DNA from: Tissierellales bacterium | Lineage (GTDB): Bacteria; Bacillota; Clostridia; Tissierellales; JASKZW01 | Length of the DNA stretch: 64,000 nt | Assembly: GCA_030152145.1 (NCBI GenBank) | Contig: JASLIL010000018.1 | Location: 5,100 to 69,099 of the forward strand | Direction of reading: 5' to 3' | In this document: one piece after another, positions 47,197-55,997 of the stretch | How positions within the stretch are numbered: position 1 is the first letter of the stretch | Layout: every line of letters starts with the position of its first letter | The notes under the pieces: generated by a model | What the model saw: only the letters and a program-made list of their open reading frames with translations | Told to the model about the DNA's origin: nothing | The model's database searches: none | Translations under genes and position numbers: made by a program

Positions 47197-47742
47197 ATGA
47201 AATTATTTATTATATCAGACATCCATGGATCAAGGCATTTTACAAGACTGGCACTTGAGAAGTTTAGGGAAGAAGAGGCAGACTATATAGTTATTCTAGG
47301 AGATATTCTCTACCATGGGGCAAGGAATCCTCTGCCTTATGGACATGACCCTAAGGGAGTCATAGAACTTTTAAATGCCTACAGTGAGAAAATCATAGGA
47401 GTTAGGGGAAACTGTGATTCAGAGGTAGACCAAATGGTATTAAACTTCCCCTTAATGGCAGACTACAACAATCTAATACTTGGCTCTAGACGAATATTTA
47501 TAAGTCATGGCCACCTATATAGAAAGGAAAATCTTCCCGGCCTAGAGGCTGGATCAGTCTTCCTATATGGCCATACTCATATTTTAAGGGCAGATGAAGA
47601 AGCAGGAGTTTACTACTTAAATCCAGGCAGCATAAGTCTTCCAAAAGCCGACAATCCACCAAGCTATGGACTATTAGATGAGGGTTCTTTTATGGTAAAG
47701 GATTTTGAAAATAGGATTTTAAAAGCTATTGACTTTGACTAG
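47197..47742 (+). CDS. YfcE/MJ0936-family metallophosphoesterase
   Basis: 181 aa with DIHGS, GDILYHG, GNCD and GHTH metallophosphatase motifs. Confidence 0.8.
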   Translation: MKLFIISDIHGSRHFTRLALEKFREEEADYIVILGDILYHGARNPLPYGHDPKGVIELLNAYSEKIIGVRGNCDSEVDQMVLNFPLMADYNNLILGSRRIFISHGHLYRKENLPGLEAGSVFLYGHTHILRADEEAGVYYLNPGSISLPKADNPPSYGLLDEGSFMVKDFENRILKAIDFD

Positions 47743-47793
47743 ACTTGGTAAAAAATAAACTTTTATTGCAAAGTTATAGCTCTTATACTAGTA

Positions 47794-47831
47794 TTTAAGT
47801 GAAGATACTCATATGGATATCTTCACTTAAA
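47794..47831 (+). promoter_or_regulatory. perfect 14-bp stem-loop in the leader of the Ntn-hydrolase gene
   Basis: TTTAAGTGAAGATA-ctcatatgga-TATCTTCACTTAAA. No T tract follows, and it ends 27 nt before the ATG. Confidence 0.5.
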
Positions 47832-47858
47832 TAGTTGGATTAATAAAGGGGGAAGAAG

Positions 47859-48797
47859 ATGTGCACAACAATAAAAGTAGATTATAATCAGGCCTCTGTT
47901 ATAGGGAGAACTATGGATTACGAAGTTCCCTTGTACTACAACCCCATATATCTACCAAGAGGCTATGAATATGGAGAGGATCTTTTAGGCCAGGCCCTAT
48001 ATGGAAAGTACAGGGTTATGGGTCTATCTTTTGAAAACCGTAAACCCTTAAAGGACGGAATAAATGAACATGGCTTGGCAGGAGTAACCAATGTATTTTC
48101 AGCCTTCAACCTATATTCTAGGGAAGTTCTAGAAGGGAAGAAAAATATATCAAGCCTTAACTATATGAACTACGCCCTTATGAACTACAAGTCAGTAGAA
48201 GAACTAGTGGAAGATCTAGAAAACATAAACTTGGCCAGCAAGAACTCAAGAGGAGAGGCTGTAATATCTCCAGACTTTCACTTTATGTTTGTAGATCAAA
48301 CTAAAAGGTCAGTAGTTGTAGAGCCTAGAAAGGGTCAGCTTATAGCTTATGAAAATCCCTATGGAGTTATGACTAACTCCCCAGCTTTTCCCTCACATAT
48401 AAGAAAACTTAAAAAGACCTTTAATATAGATGATCTAGACAGTTTTAACTCAGCCAAGGATTTACCAGGAGGCTATGATCCAAGCTCTAGGTTTTTAAAG
48501 GCCTTTTATATTTTAAATACCAATCAAGAATCTGAAAGCAGTCAGGAAGCTCTTTCACATGCCTATAATATAATGTCAGCCATGGCCATGCCCAATGGTT
48601 TCGTAAAAAATAAGAAGTATAATTACAGAACTTATACAAGATATATATGTGCCTATGACACAGGTAGAAAGCTATTGACCCTAAGGTCAGAGACTAATCC
48701 CAGAATATATAGCCTAGGCTTCGAGGATATAGAAAACCTGGATAAGAGGCAGGACTTTTTTCTAAATAAGAAATTTTCCATGGATAAATTGACTTAA
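47859..48797 (+). CDS. choloylglycine hydrolase family Ntn-hydrolase (linear amide C-N hydrolase)
   Basis: It starts MCT, with the nucleophile Cys right after the initiator Met. At 312 aa it fits the family, which includes bile salt hydrolase and penicillin V acylase. The substrate is not assignable. Confidence 0.75.
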   Translation: MCTTIKVDYNQASVIGRTMDYEVPLYYNPIYLPRGYEYGEDLLGQALYGKYRVMGLSFENRKPLKDGINEHGLAGVTNVFSAFNLYSREVLEGKKNISSLNYMNYALMNYKSVEELVEDLENINLASKNSRGEAVISPDFHFMFVDQTKRSVVVEPRKGQLIAYENPYGVMTNSPAFPSHIRKLKKTFNIDDLDSFNSAKDLPGGYDPSSRFLKAFYILNTNQESESSQEALSHAYNIMSAMAMPNGFVKNKKYNYRTYTRYICAYDTGRKLLTLRSETNPRIYSLGFEDIENLDKRQDFFLNKKFSMDKLT

Positions 48798-48855
48798 TAA
48801 AACTAAAATTCTTCTAATGGACTTAAATTAAAAAATTTAAACTAGGAGTGGTAAT

Positions 48856-49230
48856 TTGAGAAAGGATGGAAGGGTAGAAATTTTATGGGGGCTAGTAGAA
48901 TTAATAATATCAGCAATATTTTTAGTGGATTTCATATTATACAAGAAAAGCAATAGTTTGGTTCTAGCTGTATTTGTTTTACTTGCAGCCAGTGTGAATC
49001 TTCTAAATAGGAAGGGGAGCTATGGTGATAATAGGCCAGATAGAAAAGGAAGCTTTGGTTCTAAAGGTTACAGACTCTTAAAGCTAGCTTCTATTTTAGG
49101 ACTTTTTAGCCTGGTCTTCTTATATGTATTTAAGTCCAGGGAAATATATGGGACTAGCCTAATAGTCTTTAGTATTATTGTCCTGTCCCTAGAGCTTCTT
49201 GAAAAATTTATGGAAAAAAAGAGCCAGTAA
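48856..49230 (+). CDS. small hypothetical membrane protein (4 predicted TM segments)
   Basis: ORF with a TTG start after AGGAGTGG. It has four hydrophobic stretches and no recognisable family. Confidence 0.5.
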   Translation: MRKDGRVEILWGLVELIISAIFLVDFILYKKSNSLVLAVFVLLAASVNLLNRKGSYGDNRPDRKGSFGSKGYRLLKLASILGLFSLVFLYVFKSREIYGTSLIVFSIIVLSLELLEKFMEKKSQ

Positions 49231-49253
49231 AACCACTTTGGTTTTATTGGCTC
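49221..49253. terminator. bidirectional stem-loop between convergent genes
   Basis: GAGCCAGTAAAACC-acttt-GGTTTTATTGGCTC gives a 14-bp stem that includes one G-U pair. Confidence 0.75.
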
Positions 49254-49269
49254 TTATATATTGTAGAAC

Positions 49270-50625
49270 TTAAAGGGCAGATTTATTAAGCTTTAGCTTC
49301 TTAAAGGTTCTAACAAGCATTAGGCTAGTAAAGCTAACAGACAGTATATCAGCAATAGGCTCTGCTATATAGATTCCCACAACTCCAAAAAACCTTGGCA
49401 AAATAAGGGCCAGAGGAATTAAGAGAAATATCTTTCTCAAAAGAGCTATGCTTAGGGAAACCCTGGCCTGGCCTAGTGCTAAAAAAGTAGACTGGCAGGC
49501 CAGCTGTATACCAAAAAACATAAGACCTATAAAATATATGGGCATATACTTTATAGTTAAGTCTGTTAGAGCCTGACTATCACTAAATATATTGGCATAT
49601 AGGTAGGGTTTAAAGACTGCCAGACCTCCCATAATAAGAGATATTAAAAAAGAAACTCCAAGCATTCTCATAAAGCTATCCCTAACTCTTTCATAGTTTT
49701 TTGCCCCGTAATTATAGCTGATTATAGGCTGAACACCCTGGGTTATACCCTGAATAGGAGCCATTATCAAAACAACTACACTAGATATAATAGACATGGT
49801 ACCTACATATAGATCACCGCCATACTTTAAAAGCCCCTTGTTAAGTATAATCATAACCAGACTTTCAGTAGATTGCATTATAAAAGGTGATATGCCAAGA
49901 GCTGCAATTTTAGCTATAATATCCCTATCCAGTCTAAGCCTATCAAAACTTATCCTTATAATAGACCTATCAGATCTAAGAAAGCTTAAAACCCAAAGGG
50001 CACTGAGGGCCTGGGAAATAATAGTAGCTAAAGCTGCTCCCTTAACTCCCATATTAAGGCCGAAAATAAAAATAGGGTCTAGAATTATATTGCTAATAGC
50101 CCCTATAATAACAGACAACATAGCCACTCTAGGGTTACCTTGGGCTGATATATAGGTATTTAAACCTAGGGATAAAAGAACAAATATAGTACCTAGGATA
50201 TATATGGAAATATAGTCTATGGCAAAAGCTATAGTATTATCACTGGCTCCAAAGGCATAAAGCATGGGCTCCTTAAATATAGAAAAAACAAGAGTAAGGC
50301 AGGCAGAAAAAATCAATAATAGGGATAGGGAATTCCCAAGGATTTTTTCAGCCTCATTCCTATTTTTCCTACCAAGTTCAATAGAAGCCAGAGGTGCTCC
50401 ACCCATGCCAGCAAAGGCAGAAAAAGCAGATATGATCATTATTATTGGCAGAGCCACTCCTACTCCAGTAAGAGCTAGTTCTCCGTAGCCCTCTATATGG
50501 CCTATGAAAATTCTATCCACTATGTTATAAAGCACATTTATTATCTGGGCCAAGACAGCAGGCATGGCCATGGTGATCATAAGTTTATTTAAAGGTGCTG
50601 TTGAAAGTCTATCATCTTTTGTCAT
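49270..50625 (-). CDS. MATE family efflux transporter
   Basis: 451 aa with 12 TM segments and a typical N-terminus (PLNKLMITMAMPAVLAQIINVLYNIVDRIFIGH). Confidence 0.9.
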   Translation of the reverse strand: MTKDDRLSTAPLNKLMITMAMPAVLAQIINVLYNIVDRIFIGHIEGYGELALTGVGVALPIIMIISAFSAFAGMGGAPLASIELGRKNRNEAEKILGNSLSLLLIFSACLTLVFSIFKEPMLYAFGASDNTIAFAIDYISIYILGTIFVLLSLGLNTYISAQGNPRVAMLSVIIGAISNIILDPIFIFGLNMGVKGAALATIISQALSALWVLSFLRSDRSIIRISFDRLRLDRDIIAKIAALGISPFIMQSTESLVMIILNKGLLKYGGDLYVGTMSIISSVVVLIMAPIQGITQGVQPIISYNYGAKNYERVRDSFMRMLGVSFLISLIMGGLAVFKPYLYANIFSDSQALTDLTIKYMPIYFIGLMFFGIQLACQSTFLALGQARVSLSIALLRKIFLLIPLALILPRFFGVVGIYIAEPIADILSVSFTSLMLVRTFKKLKLNKSAL

Positions 50626-51063
50626 CTAATCCTCCCCCTTATAATATGATTCTAAAATATCATTAGCCCTCTTACTAAGCTCTATTAGCCTATGGAAATC
50701 CTCCATTTTTTCAGCCAGTTGGTAGTAGGGCATAAGTAGTATCTTGTAGTTTTTTTCCAGCTCCTCCCTACCCTTGGAATTTAGAAAAACCACATAGCTT
50801 CTCTCATCCTCAGGATTCTTTTTTTTATCTATCAATCCTCTAGCATCAAGGTTTTTTAGGGACCTACTCAAAGATTCTTTTTTTATACCAGTAAAATTAC
50901 TTATGGAAATGGGGGTTCTATTTTCAGGCCTAAGATAAACCTCTGTTAAAATCTCCATTTCATTTCTAGTAAGGCTGTAGTCAGCTTCCTGATAAAGTAT
51001 AGTTCTAGAAAAGCTCATCAGAGACTGGATATTTTGAGCCATTTCCATCCAATTGTTTTCCAT
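50626..51063 (-). CDS. MarR family transcriptional regulator
   Basis: Winged-helix core (LTRNEMEILTEV...LSRSLKNLDARGLIDKKKNPEDERS). I prefer the start at 51063 behind GGAGGTGG. It abuts the MATE gene start. Confidence 0.85.
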   Translation of the reverse strand: MENNWMEMAQNIQSLMSFSRTILYQEADYSLTRNEMEILTEVYLRPENRTPISISNFTGIKKESLSRSLKNLDARGLIDKKKNPEDERSYVVFLNSKGREELEKNYKILLMPYYQLAEKMEDFHRLIELSKRANDILESYYKGED

Positions 51064-51086
51064 AATCCACCTCCATATAAAACTAG

Positions 51087-51099
51087 TTAACATGGTTAA
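51087..51099. promoter_or_regulatory. palindrome TTAAC-ATG-GTTAA in the marR/ogg divergent region
   Basis: Perfect 5-3-5 palindrome lying 24 nt upstream of the preferred marR start. Confidence 0.35.
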
Positions 51100-51190
51100 T
51101 TATATTAGCTTCTCTAAAGAGAGTCAAGGAATAATATTTAAAGTTTAAAAGCCTGACTATTTGTATATAATATATAAAGGAGGAGATTAT

Positions 51191-52072
51191 ATGGACTACA
51201 AGATTGAAGAAGAAGAGGGAAGACTAATTTTAAGAGACATGAAGGACTTTGAACCTAAGCATATATTTGAATGTGGCCAGGCCTTTCGCTGGTTAAGGGA
51301 AGAGGATGGCAGCTATACAATAGTTCACAAGGGGAAAATTTTAAATATAGAAAGACAGGCTGAAGATATAATTTTAAACAATACTAATCTAGAGGATTTT
51401 GAAAACATTTGGTATGACTACTTTGATCTAGCCACCGACTATGGTCAAATTAAAAAGACCCTATCAAAGGACCCTATATTAAAGGAGGCCATAGATTTTG
51501 GCCAGGGTATAAGACTAATAAATCAGGATCCCTATGAAACAAGTATTTCATTTATAATATCAGCCAACAATCAGATACCTAGGATTAAAAATTCAATAAG
51601 CCTAATATCAGAAGAATTTGGACAATATATAGGAAGCTACAAGGGAAGGGACTACTACTCTTTCCCAGAGCCTGAAAGTCTAGCAGCCACTAGTGGAGAC
51701 TATCTTAAGGAAAACTGCAAGGTAGGATTTAGGGGCAAGTATATAGTAAATAGCTCTAAAATGATAGCAGAGGGGGACATAAAGCTGGAAAGTTTATTTA
51801 ATCTTACCAAGGATCAGGCTGAAGAGGAGCTAAAGAAACTTCCTGGAGTAGGACCTAAGGTTTCCAATTGCATAACCCTTTTCTCCCTGAAGAAGAAGGA
51901 CTCCTTCCCAGTAGATGTCTGGGTAAAAAGAATTATGGAGTATTTTTACTTTAAGGAGGATACAAAGCCCAGTGTAATATCTAAGTTTGCCAAGGAAAAG
52001 TTTGGAGAACTAGGCGGCTATGCCCAGCAATATCTTTTTTACTATGCCAGGGAGAAGGGTATAGGAAAATAG
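51191..52072 (+). CDS. ogg: 8-oxoguanine DNA glycosylase (HhH-GPD, Ogg family)
   Basis: OGG N-domain (FECGQAFRW) and the HhH-GPD motif LPGVGPKVSNC with a downstream catalytic PVDVW region. The ATG at 51191 sits behind AAGGAGGAG. Confidence 0.8.
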   Translation: MDYKIEEEEGRLILRDMKDFEPKHIFECGQAFRWLREEDGSYTIVHKGKILNIERQAEDIILNNTNLEDFENIWYDYFDLATDYGQIKKTLSKDPILKEAIDFGQGIRLINQDPYETSISFIISANNQIPRIKNSISLISEEFGQYIGSYKGRDYYSFPEPESLAATSGDYLKENCKVGFRGKYIVNSSKMIAEGDIKLESLFNLTKDQAEEELKKLPGVGPKVSNCITLFSLKKKDSFPVDVWVKRIMEYFYFKEDTKPSVISKFAKEKFGELGGYAQQYLFYYAREKGIGK

Positions 52073-52203
52073 GGACAGGTCTAAACTAGGTTTAATCCCA
52101 GAAGTTTGGGTAAGATATTAATATAGATAATAAGAATACTACTAATTTGAAAAACTACTTTTACTAGCTAGAGGTAGTTTTTTTGTATTTGAGGAGGGGA
52201 CTT

Positions 52204-53265
52204 ATGAAGGGATTAGCGATGTTAGGTATAGGAAAAATTGGCTGGATAGAAAAAGACAGGCCAAAATGTGGTCCATTAGATGCTATATGTAGGCCACTTG
52301 TTGTAGCACCATGTACATCAGATGTTCATACAGTATGGGAGGGAGCCATAGGGGACAGGCATGACATGATCTTAGGTCATGAAGTTGTAGGTCAAGTTGT
52401 GGAAGTAGGAGAGCTAGTAAAAGATTTTAAGCCAGGGGACAAGGTCATAGCTCCAGCTATAACTCCAGACTGGGGTTCACTAGAGGCTCAAGATGGCTTT
52501 GCCATGCATTCAGGGGGAATGCTGGCTGGTTGGAAATTCTCCAACTTTAAGGATGGAGTTTTCGCAGAGTTCTTCCATGTAAACGAAGCAGATGCCAATC
52601 TAGCCCATCTACCAGAAAATGTAGATCCTGTTGATGCAGTTATGCTTTGTGATATGATACCAACAGGCTTTCATGGAGTAGAGCTGGCAGATATTCAATT
52701 TGGAGACAATGTTTGTGTTATAGGAATAGGACCAGTAGGGCTTATGGCTGTAGCTGGTGCCAATTTAAGGGGAGCAGCCAAGGTATTTGCCGTAGGAACC
52801 AGAGAGAAAAGCGTGGAAATAGCTAAGTTTTATGGAGCCACAGATATTATCAGCTATAAGGAAGGATCAATATCAGATCAGATCTTAGAAAAAACCAATG
52901 GAAAGGGAGTAGACAGAGTAATTATAGCAGGAGGAAACGTAGATACCTTTATAGAGGCAGTTAAGATGTTAAAGCCAGGAGGAGCTATAGGAAATGTCAA
53001 CTATCTAGATGGTGGTGACTATGTAAGAATCCCAAGAGTGGACTGGGGAGTAGGTATGGGACACAAGACCATAAGAGGAGGACTAACACCAGGTGGTAGA
53101 ATGAAGACTGAAAAACTAGCCAGACTTTTAGCCACTAAAAAGTTAGATGTAAGTAAGCTTATAACTCATAGGTTTGAAGGTTTTGAAAATATAGAGAAGG
53201 CCTTAATTCTTATGAAGGAAAAACCAGAAGACTTGATAAAACCTATTGTTAAGATAGATTGGTAA
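52204..53265 (+). CDS. NADP-dependent zinc alcohol dehydrogenase (secondary-alcohol dehydrogenase type)
   Basis: The N-terminus MKGLAMLGIGKIGWIEKDRPKCGPLDAICRPLVVAPCTSDVHTV closely parallels my recollection of the Thermoanaerobacter/Clostridium beijerinckii secondary ADHs. It also has GHE and GIGPVGL motifs. The ATG at 52204 sits behind GAGGAGGGG. Confidence 0.85.
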   Translation: MKGLAMLGIGKIGWIEKDRPKCGPLDAICRPLVVAPCTSDVHTVWEGAIGDRHDMILGHEVVGQVVEVGELVKDFKPGDKVIAPAITPDWGSLEAQDGFAMHSGGMLAGWKFSNFKDGVFAEFFHVNEADANLAHLPENVDPVDAVMLCDMIPTGFHGVELADIQFGDNVCVIGIGPVGLMAVAGANLRGAAKVFAVGTREKSVEIAKFYGATDIISYKEGSISDQILEKTNGKGVDRVIIAGGNVDTFIEAVKMLKPGGAIGNVNYLDGGDYVRIPRVDWGVGMGHKTIRGGLTPGGRMKTEKLARLLATKKLDVSKLITHRFEGFENIEKALILMKEKPEDLIKPIVKIDW

Positions 53266-53288
53266 GAAAGTCTATATAAAGTGATAAA

Positions 53289-53330
53289 TAAAACAGGTCA
53301 AAGAGCAATAGCTCTAAGACCTGTTTTTTA
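53289..53330. terminator. bidirectional rho-independent terminator
   Basis: AACAGGTC...GACCTGTT with an inner GAGC/GCTC helix, an A run before and a T6 run after. Confidence 0.85.
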
Positions 53331-53358
53331 GTTTTATAGAAAATAGGAAATCTAAAAA

Positions 53359-53982
53359 TTAAGATTTCCTATTTAAAGATTTCTGATTGGCAAAGGCCTC
53401 CATTAGTGGAGTTAGGCCTGCTGCTAGCAAGAATATGATTGAGTCTACCAGCCAGCTTCCTCTAGTTAGTCCTCTGTATACATAAAGGACTGATGCTAGA
53501 ACCCAGATTGCAATAACTAAATTATCTGTTAGCCTTGTGTTGGTTAGATTTTTAGACTTGATTATAGACTTACTATAGATGAATAGTCCTATACCTAGAA
53601 CTATCATAAGGATAGATAGGCTATTGGCTAAAACTATAGAATAATTACTTCTTAATAGATCATTTAGGGCTATGGAGGCTATAAATAAGACAACAGCTAT
53701 AGTCCTTACTAGAGAAAATTTAATGTATTTTTTAGATTGATTTCTACTTTTCTCAAGATCTGCTTCCTTTATATAGGGGGTTAGTCCCCAGTCAACATAG
53801 TTAAGATTACCAAATTCCCTTATTACCCTTCCTAAGGCCTGGTCAGAAGAAGCACCTTCCTCCATATATTTATTGTAATCTTCCTTAAGTGATTTAAATA
53901 TCTTCTCCTTTAAATCTCTTACATACTGGACATCTTCAAATCCAGCAAACATACTGTCTACAAAATTTTCTAAACCCTTCAT
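53359..53982 (-). CDS. membrane protein with soluble N-terminal helical domain (permease-prefix-like)
   Basis: The N-terminal ~70 aa are charged and helical, followed by four TM segments. I prefer the start at 53982 behind AAGGGGGA. The family assignment is tentative. Confidence 0.5.
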   Translation of the reverse strand: MKGLENFVDSMFAGFEDVQYVRDLKEKIFKSLKEDYNKYMEEGASSDQALGRVIREFGNLNYVDWGLTPYIKEADLEKSRNQSKKYIKFSLVRTIAVVLFIASIALNDLLRSNYSIVLANSLSILMIVLGIGLFIYSKSIIKSKNLTNTRLTDNLVIAIWVLASVLYVYRGLTRGSWLVDSIIFLLAAGLTPLMEAFANQKSLNRKS

Positions 53983-54153
53983 ATGGTCATCCCCCTTGTG
54001 TAAACACACTTATAAAATATAGACATATAGTATATTTACCCTTAAGATGGAAAAGTTTTCAAGATTCCTGAAAATAATTGAGCTTTTAAGGGTATTTACT
54101 ATATGGAAGATTCCTTGAGAATCTGGTATTCTATAGATAGATGGGAGGTAACC

Positions 54154-54774
54154 ATGGCTAAATTAGATATGATAAGGGGTATGTTAATTGAGGGGAAATA
54201 TTTTATTATTGCTATACTAGTCTTTGTTTTTTTAAATTCCAGAAAATATGATTTAAAATACAGTTTGGACAAGGCTACCTTTAATAAAATATTGCTTAAG
54301 TTTAGTAGGAAGAAGTACTGGGTTATAAGGGATGTTTTCTTAGAAGATAGGGGGAAGAAAATACCAGTGGATTGCCTGATTCTTTCAGAGTATGGAATAT
54401 TTGTCATAGATATTGAAAATTATGAAGGGGAGATCTATGGCAGTGAATCCAGTAGGTTTTGGCTGGAGCTAAAGAATGAGGAAAAGGTGAAATTTGCTAA
54501 TCCCTTAAACAAGTTAGATAGGACCATAGAAGCTCTTATTAACTTGGATGGAGAATTTGTAAGGTATACATATTTACCTATTGTGATTTTTCCCAATATA
54601 GCAGACTTTAAATTTAATGAAAATAATGTTATATATTTTAAGGACTTTAGGAAGACCGTAAAGAGTCATAGGAAAAAAGTAATGACTAAAAGAGAGTGTA
54701 GAAACTTTTTTGAAGTTCTCAGGGAGAAAGAAGCTAGAACTTATAAGAGAAAAAATGAACATGGATTTATTTAG
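54154..54774 (+). CDS. NERD domain-containing protein with N-terminal TM anchor
   Basis: NERD core pattern (VIRDVFLED..IPVDCLILSEYGIFVIDIENYEGEIYG....W) preceded by one TM helix (YFIIAILVFVFL). The ATG at 54154 sits behind GGGAGG. Confidence 0.7.
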   Translation: MAKLDMIRGMLIEGKYFIIAILVFVFLNSRKYDLKYSLDKATFNKILLKFSRKKYWVIRDVFLEDRGKKIPVDCLILSEYGIFVIDIENYEGEIYGSESSRFWLELKNEEKVKFANPLNKLDRTIEALINLDGEFVRYTYLPIVIFPNIADFKFNENNVIYFKDFRKTVKSHRKKVMTKRECRNFFEVLREKEARTYKRKNEHGFI

Positions 54775-54792
54775 GGGCCTAGGCCCTTTTTT
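54773..54792 (+). terminator. short GC-rich terminator after the NERD gene
   Basis: GGGGCCTAGGCCC followed by a T6 run. Confidence 0.7.
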
Positions 54793-54860
54793 AATTAAGG
54801 AATACTTAAGCTTTGGACTTAAGTATCTGTGATATTATATTAGTAGTTAGGAGTGATTTC

Positions 54861-55292
54861 ATGATAGATAAGATACATCCAGCTGTAGCTGTTATTATAG
54901 CCCATAAGGGTAAAATACTTTTACACAAGAGAAGTGATTCAAATATTTGGTGCCTTCCTACAGGTCATATGGAAATTGGTGAAACTGTAGAAATGGCAGC
55001 TATAAGGGAGATTAAGGAGGAAACCGGTCTTGATATAAAGATAGTTAGGTTAATTGGAGTATATTCAGAGCCTGAATATCAGGTGGTGGCCTATCCTGAT
55101 GGCAGGGTTACTCACTTTGTAACCATGTATTTAGAGGGGGAGATAGTTGGGGGAAAGTTAGATAAGAACAATAGTGAAACCTTGGACTTGGGTTTCTTTC
55201 CTATAAATCAAATGCCAGAGGATAGGGCTTATCTAAATCCCTACTGGATAGATGATTTTTTAAGCAAATCAGAGGAAACTTTTTTAAGGTAG
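54861..55292 (+). CDS. NUDIX hydrolase
   Basis: Nudix box GHMEIGETVEMAAIREIKEETGL. The ATG at 54861 sits behind AGGAGTG. Confidence 0.85.
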   Translation: MIDKIHPAVAVIIAHKGKILLHKRSDSNIWCLPTGHMEIGETVEMAAIREIKEETGLDIKIVRLIGVYSEPEYQVVAYPDGRVTHFVTMYLEGEIVGGKLDKNNSETLDLGFFPINQMPEDRAYLNPYWIDDFLSKSEETFLR

Positions 55293-55300
55293 GTGATTAT

Positions 55301-55990
55301 ATGTATAGAATATTTCTAGTGGAGGATGACTTGAAACTTTCAAGTTTAACAAGGGAGAAGCTTGAAAATTATCAGTATATAGTGGAAGTAGTAGAGGATT
55401 TTTCTGACATAAAAAGCCAGTTTGTAGACTTTAACCCAGACTTGGTTTTAATGGATATAAATCTCCCAAAGTATGATGGATTTTTTTGGTGCAGGGAAAT
55501 AAGAAGAATATCCAATGTCCCAATAGTCTTCCTATCTGCCAGAGATTCAGATATGGATCAGGTTTTAGCCATAGAAAATGGTGGAGATGATTACATAACC
55601 AAGCCTTTTTCTTTTGACCTTCTCTTAGCCAAGGTTAAGGGAGTTTTAAGAAGGACCTATGGCGAGTACAGCGATAGTCGAGATTTAGATATAAAGGAAA
55701 TAGATGGGCTTTTTCTTCATAGAGTTCAAAATATAGTAGAAAAAGATGGCCTTAAACTAGAGTTGACTAAGAAGGAGTTTGCTATTTTAAATATATTGGC
55801 AAAAAACTTAGGTTCCATAGTTACTAGAGATGAAATATTAATGGAGATTTGGGATGACAAGGACTTTGTAGACGACAACACCCTATCAGTAAATATTAAC
55901 AGACTTAGAAAGAGGCTGGAGGAACTGGGTATATATAATTCTATAGTTACTAAGAGAGGTCAGGGTTATTTAATGGATAGAACTTGGTAG
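55301..55990 (+). CDS. OmpR-family response regulator (BceR-like)
   Basis: Receiver domain (VEDD..DLVLMDINLPKYDG) and a winged-helix trans_reg_C domain (LTKKEFAILN...RGQGY). Confidence 0.9.
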   Translation: MYRIFLVEDDLKLSSLTREKLENYQYIVEVVEDFSDIKSQFVDFNPDLVLMDINLPKYDGFFWCREIRRISNVPIVFLSARDSDMDQVLAIENGGDDYITKPFSFDLLLAKVKGVLRRTYGEYSDSRDLDIKEIDGLFLHRVQNIVEKDGLKLELTKKEFAILNILAKNLGSIVTRDEILMEIWDDKDFVDDNTLSVNINRLRKRLEELGIYNSIVTKRGQGYLMDRTW

Positions 55991-55997
55991 GTGAAAT

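Noticed and set aside
52150-52182. Hairpin AAAAACTAC...GTAGTTTTT followed by a T run, lying 20 nt upstream of the adh start with no obvious promoter in between. I considered it as a possible attenuator.
   Set aside because: The stem has only 4 G-C/C-G-containing pairs; the rest are A-U pairs. It is most simply the weak terminator of ogg. A promoter for adh cannot be excluded or identified by eye, so there is no basis for claiming regulated antitermination.
54154-55292. NERD plus Nudix considered as a two-gene anti-phage defence system.
   Set aside because: A terminator separates the two genes, and the Nudix gene looks coupled to the downstream Bce regulator gene instead. No ATPase, nuclease-partner or sensor genes typical of known defence systems are present. 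I kept it only as a low-interest note.
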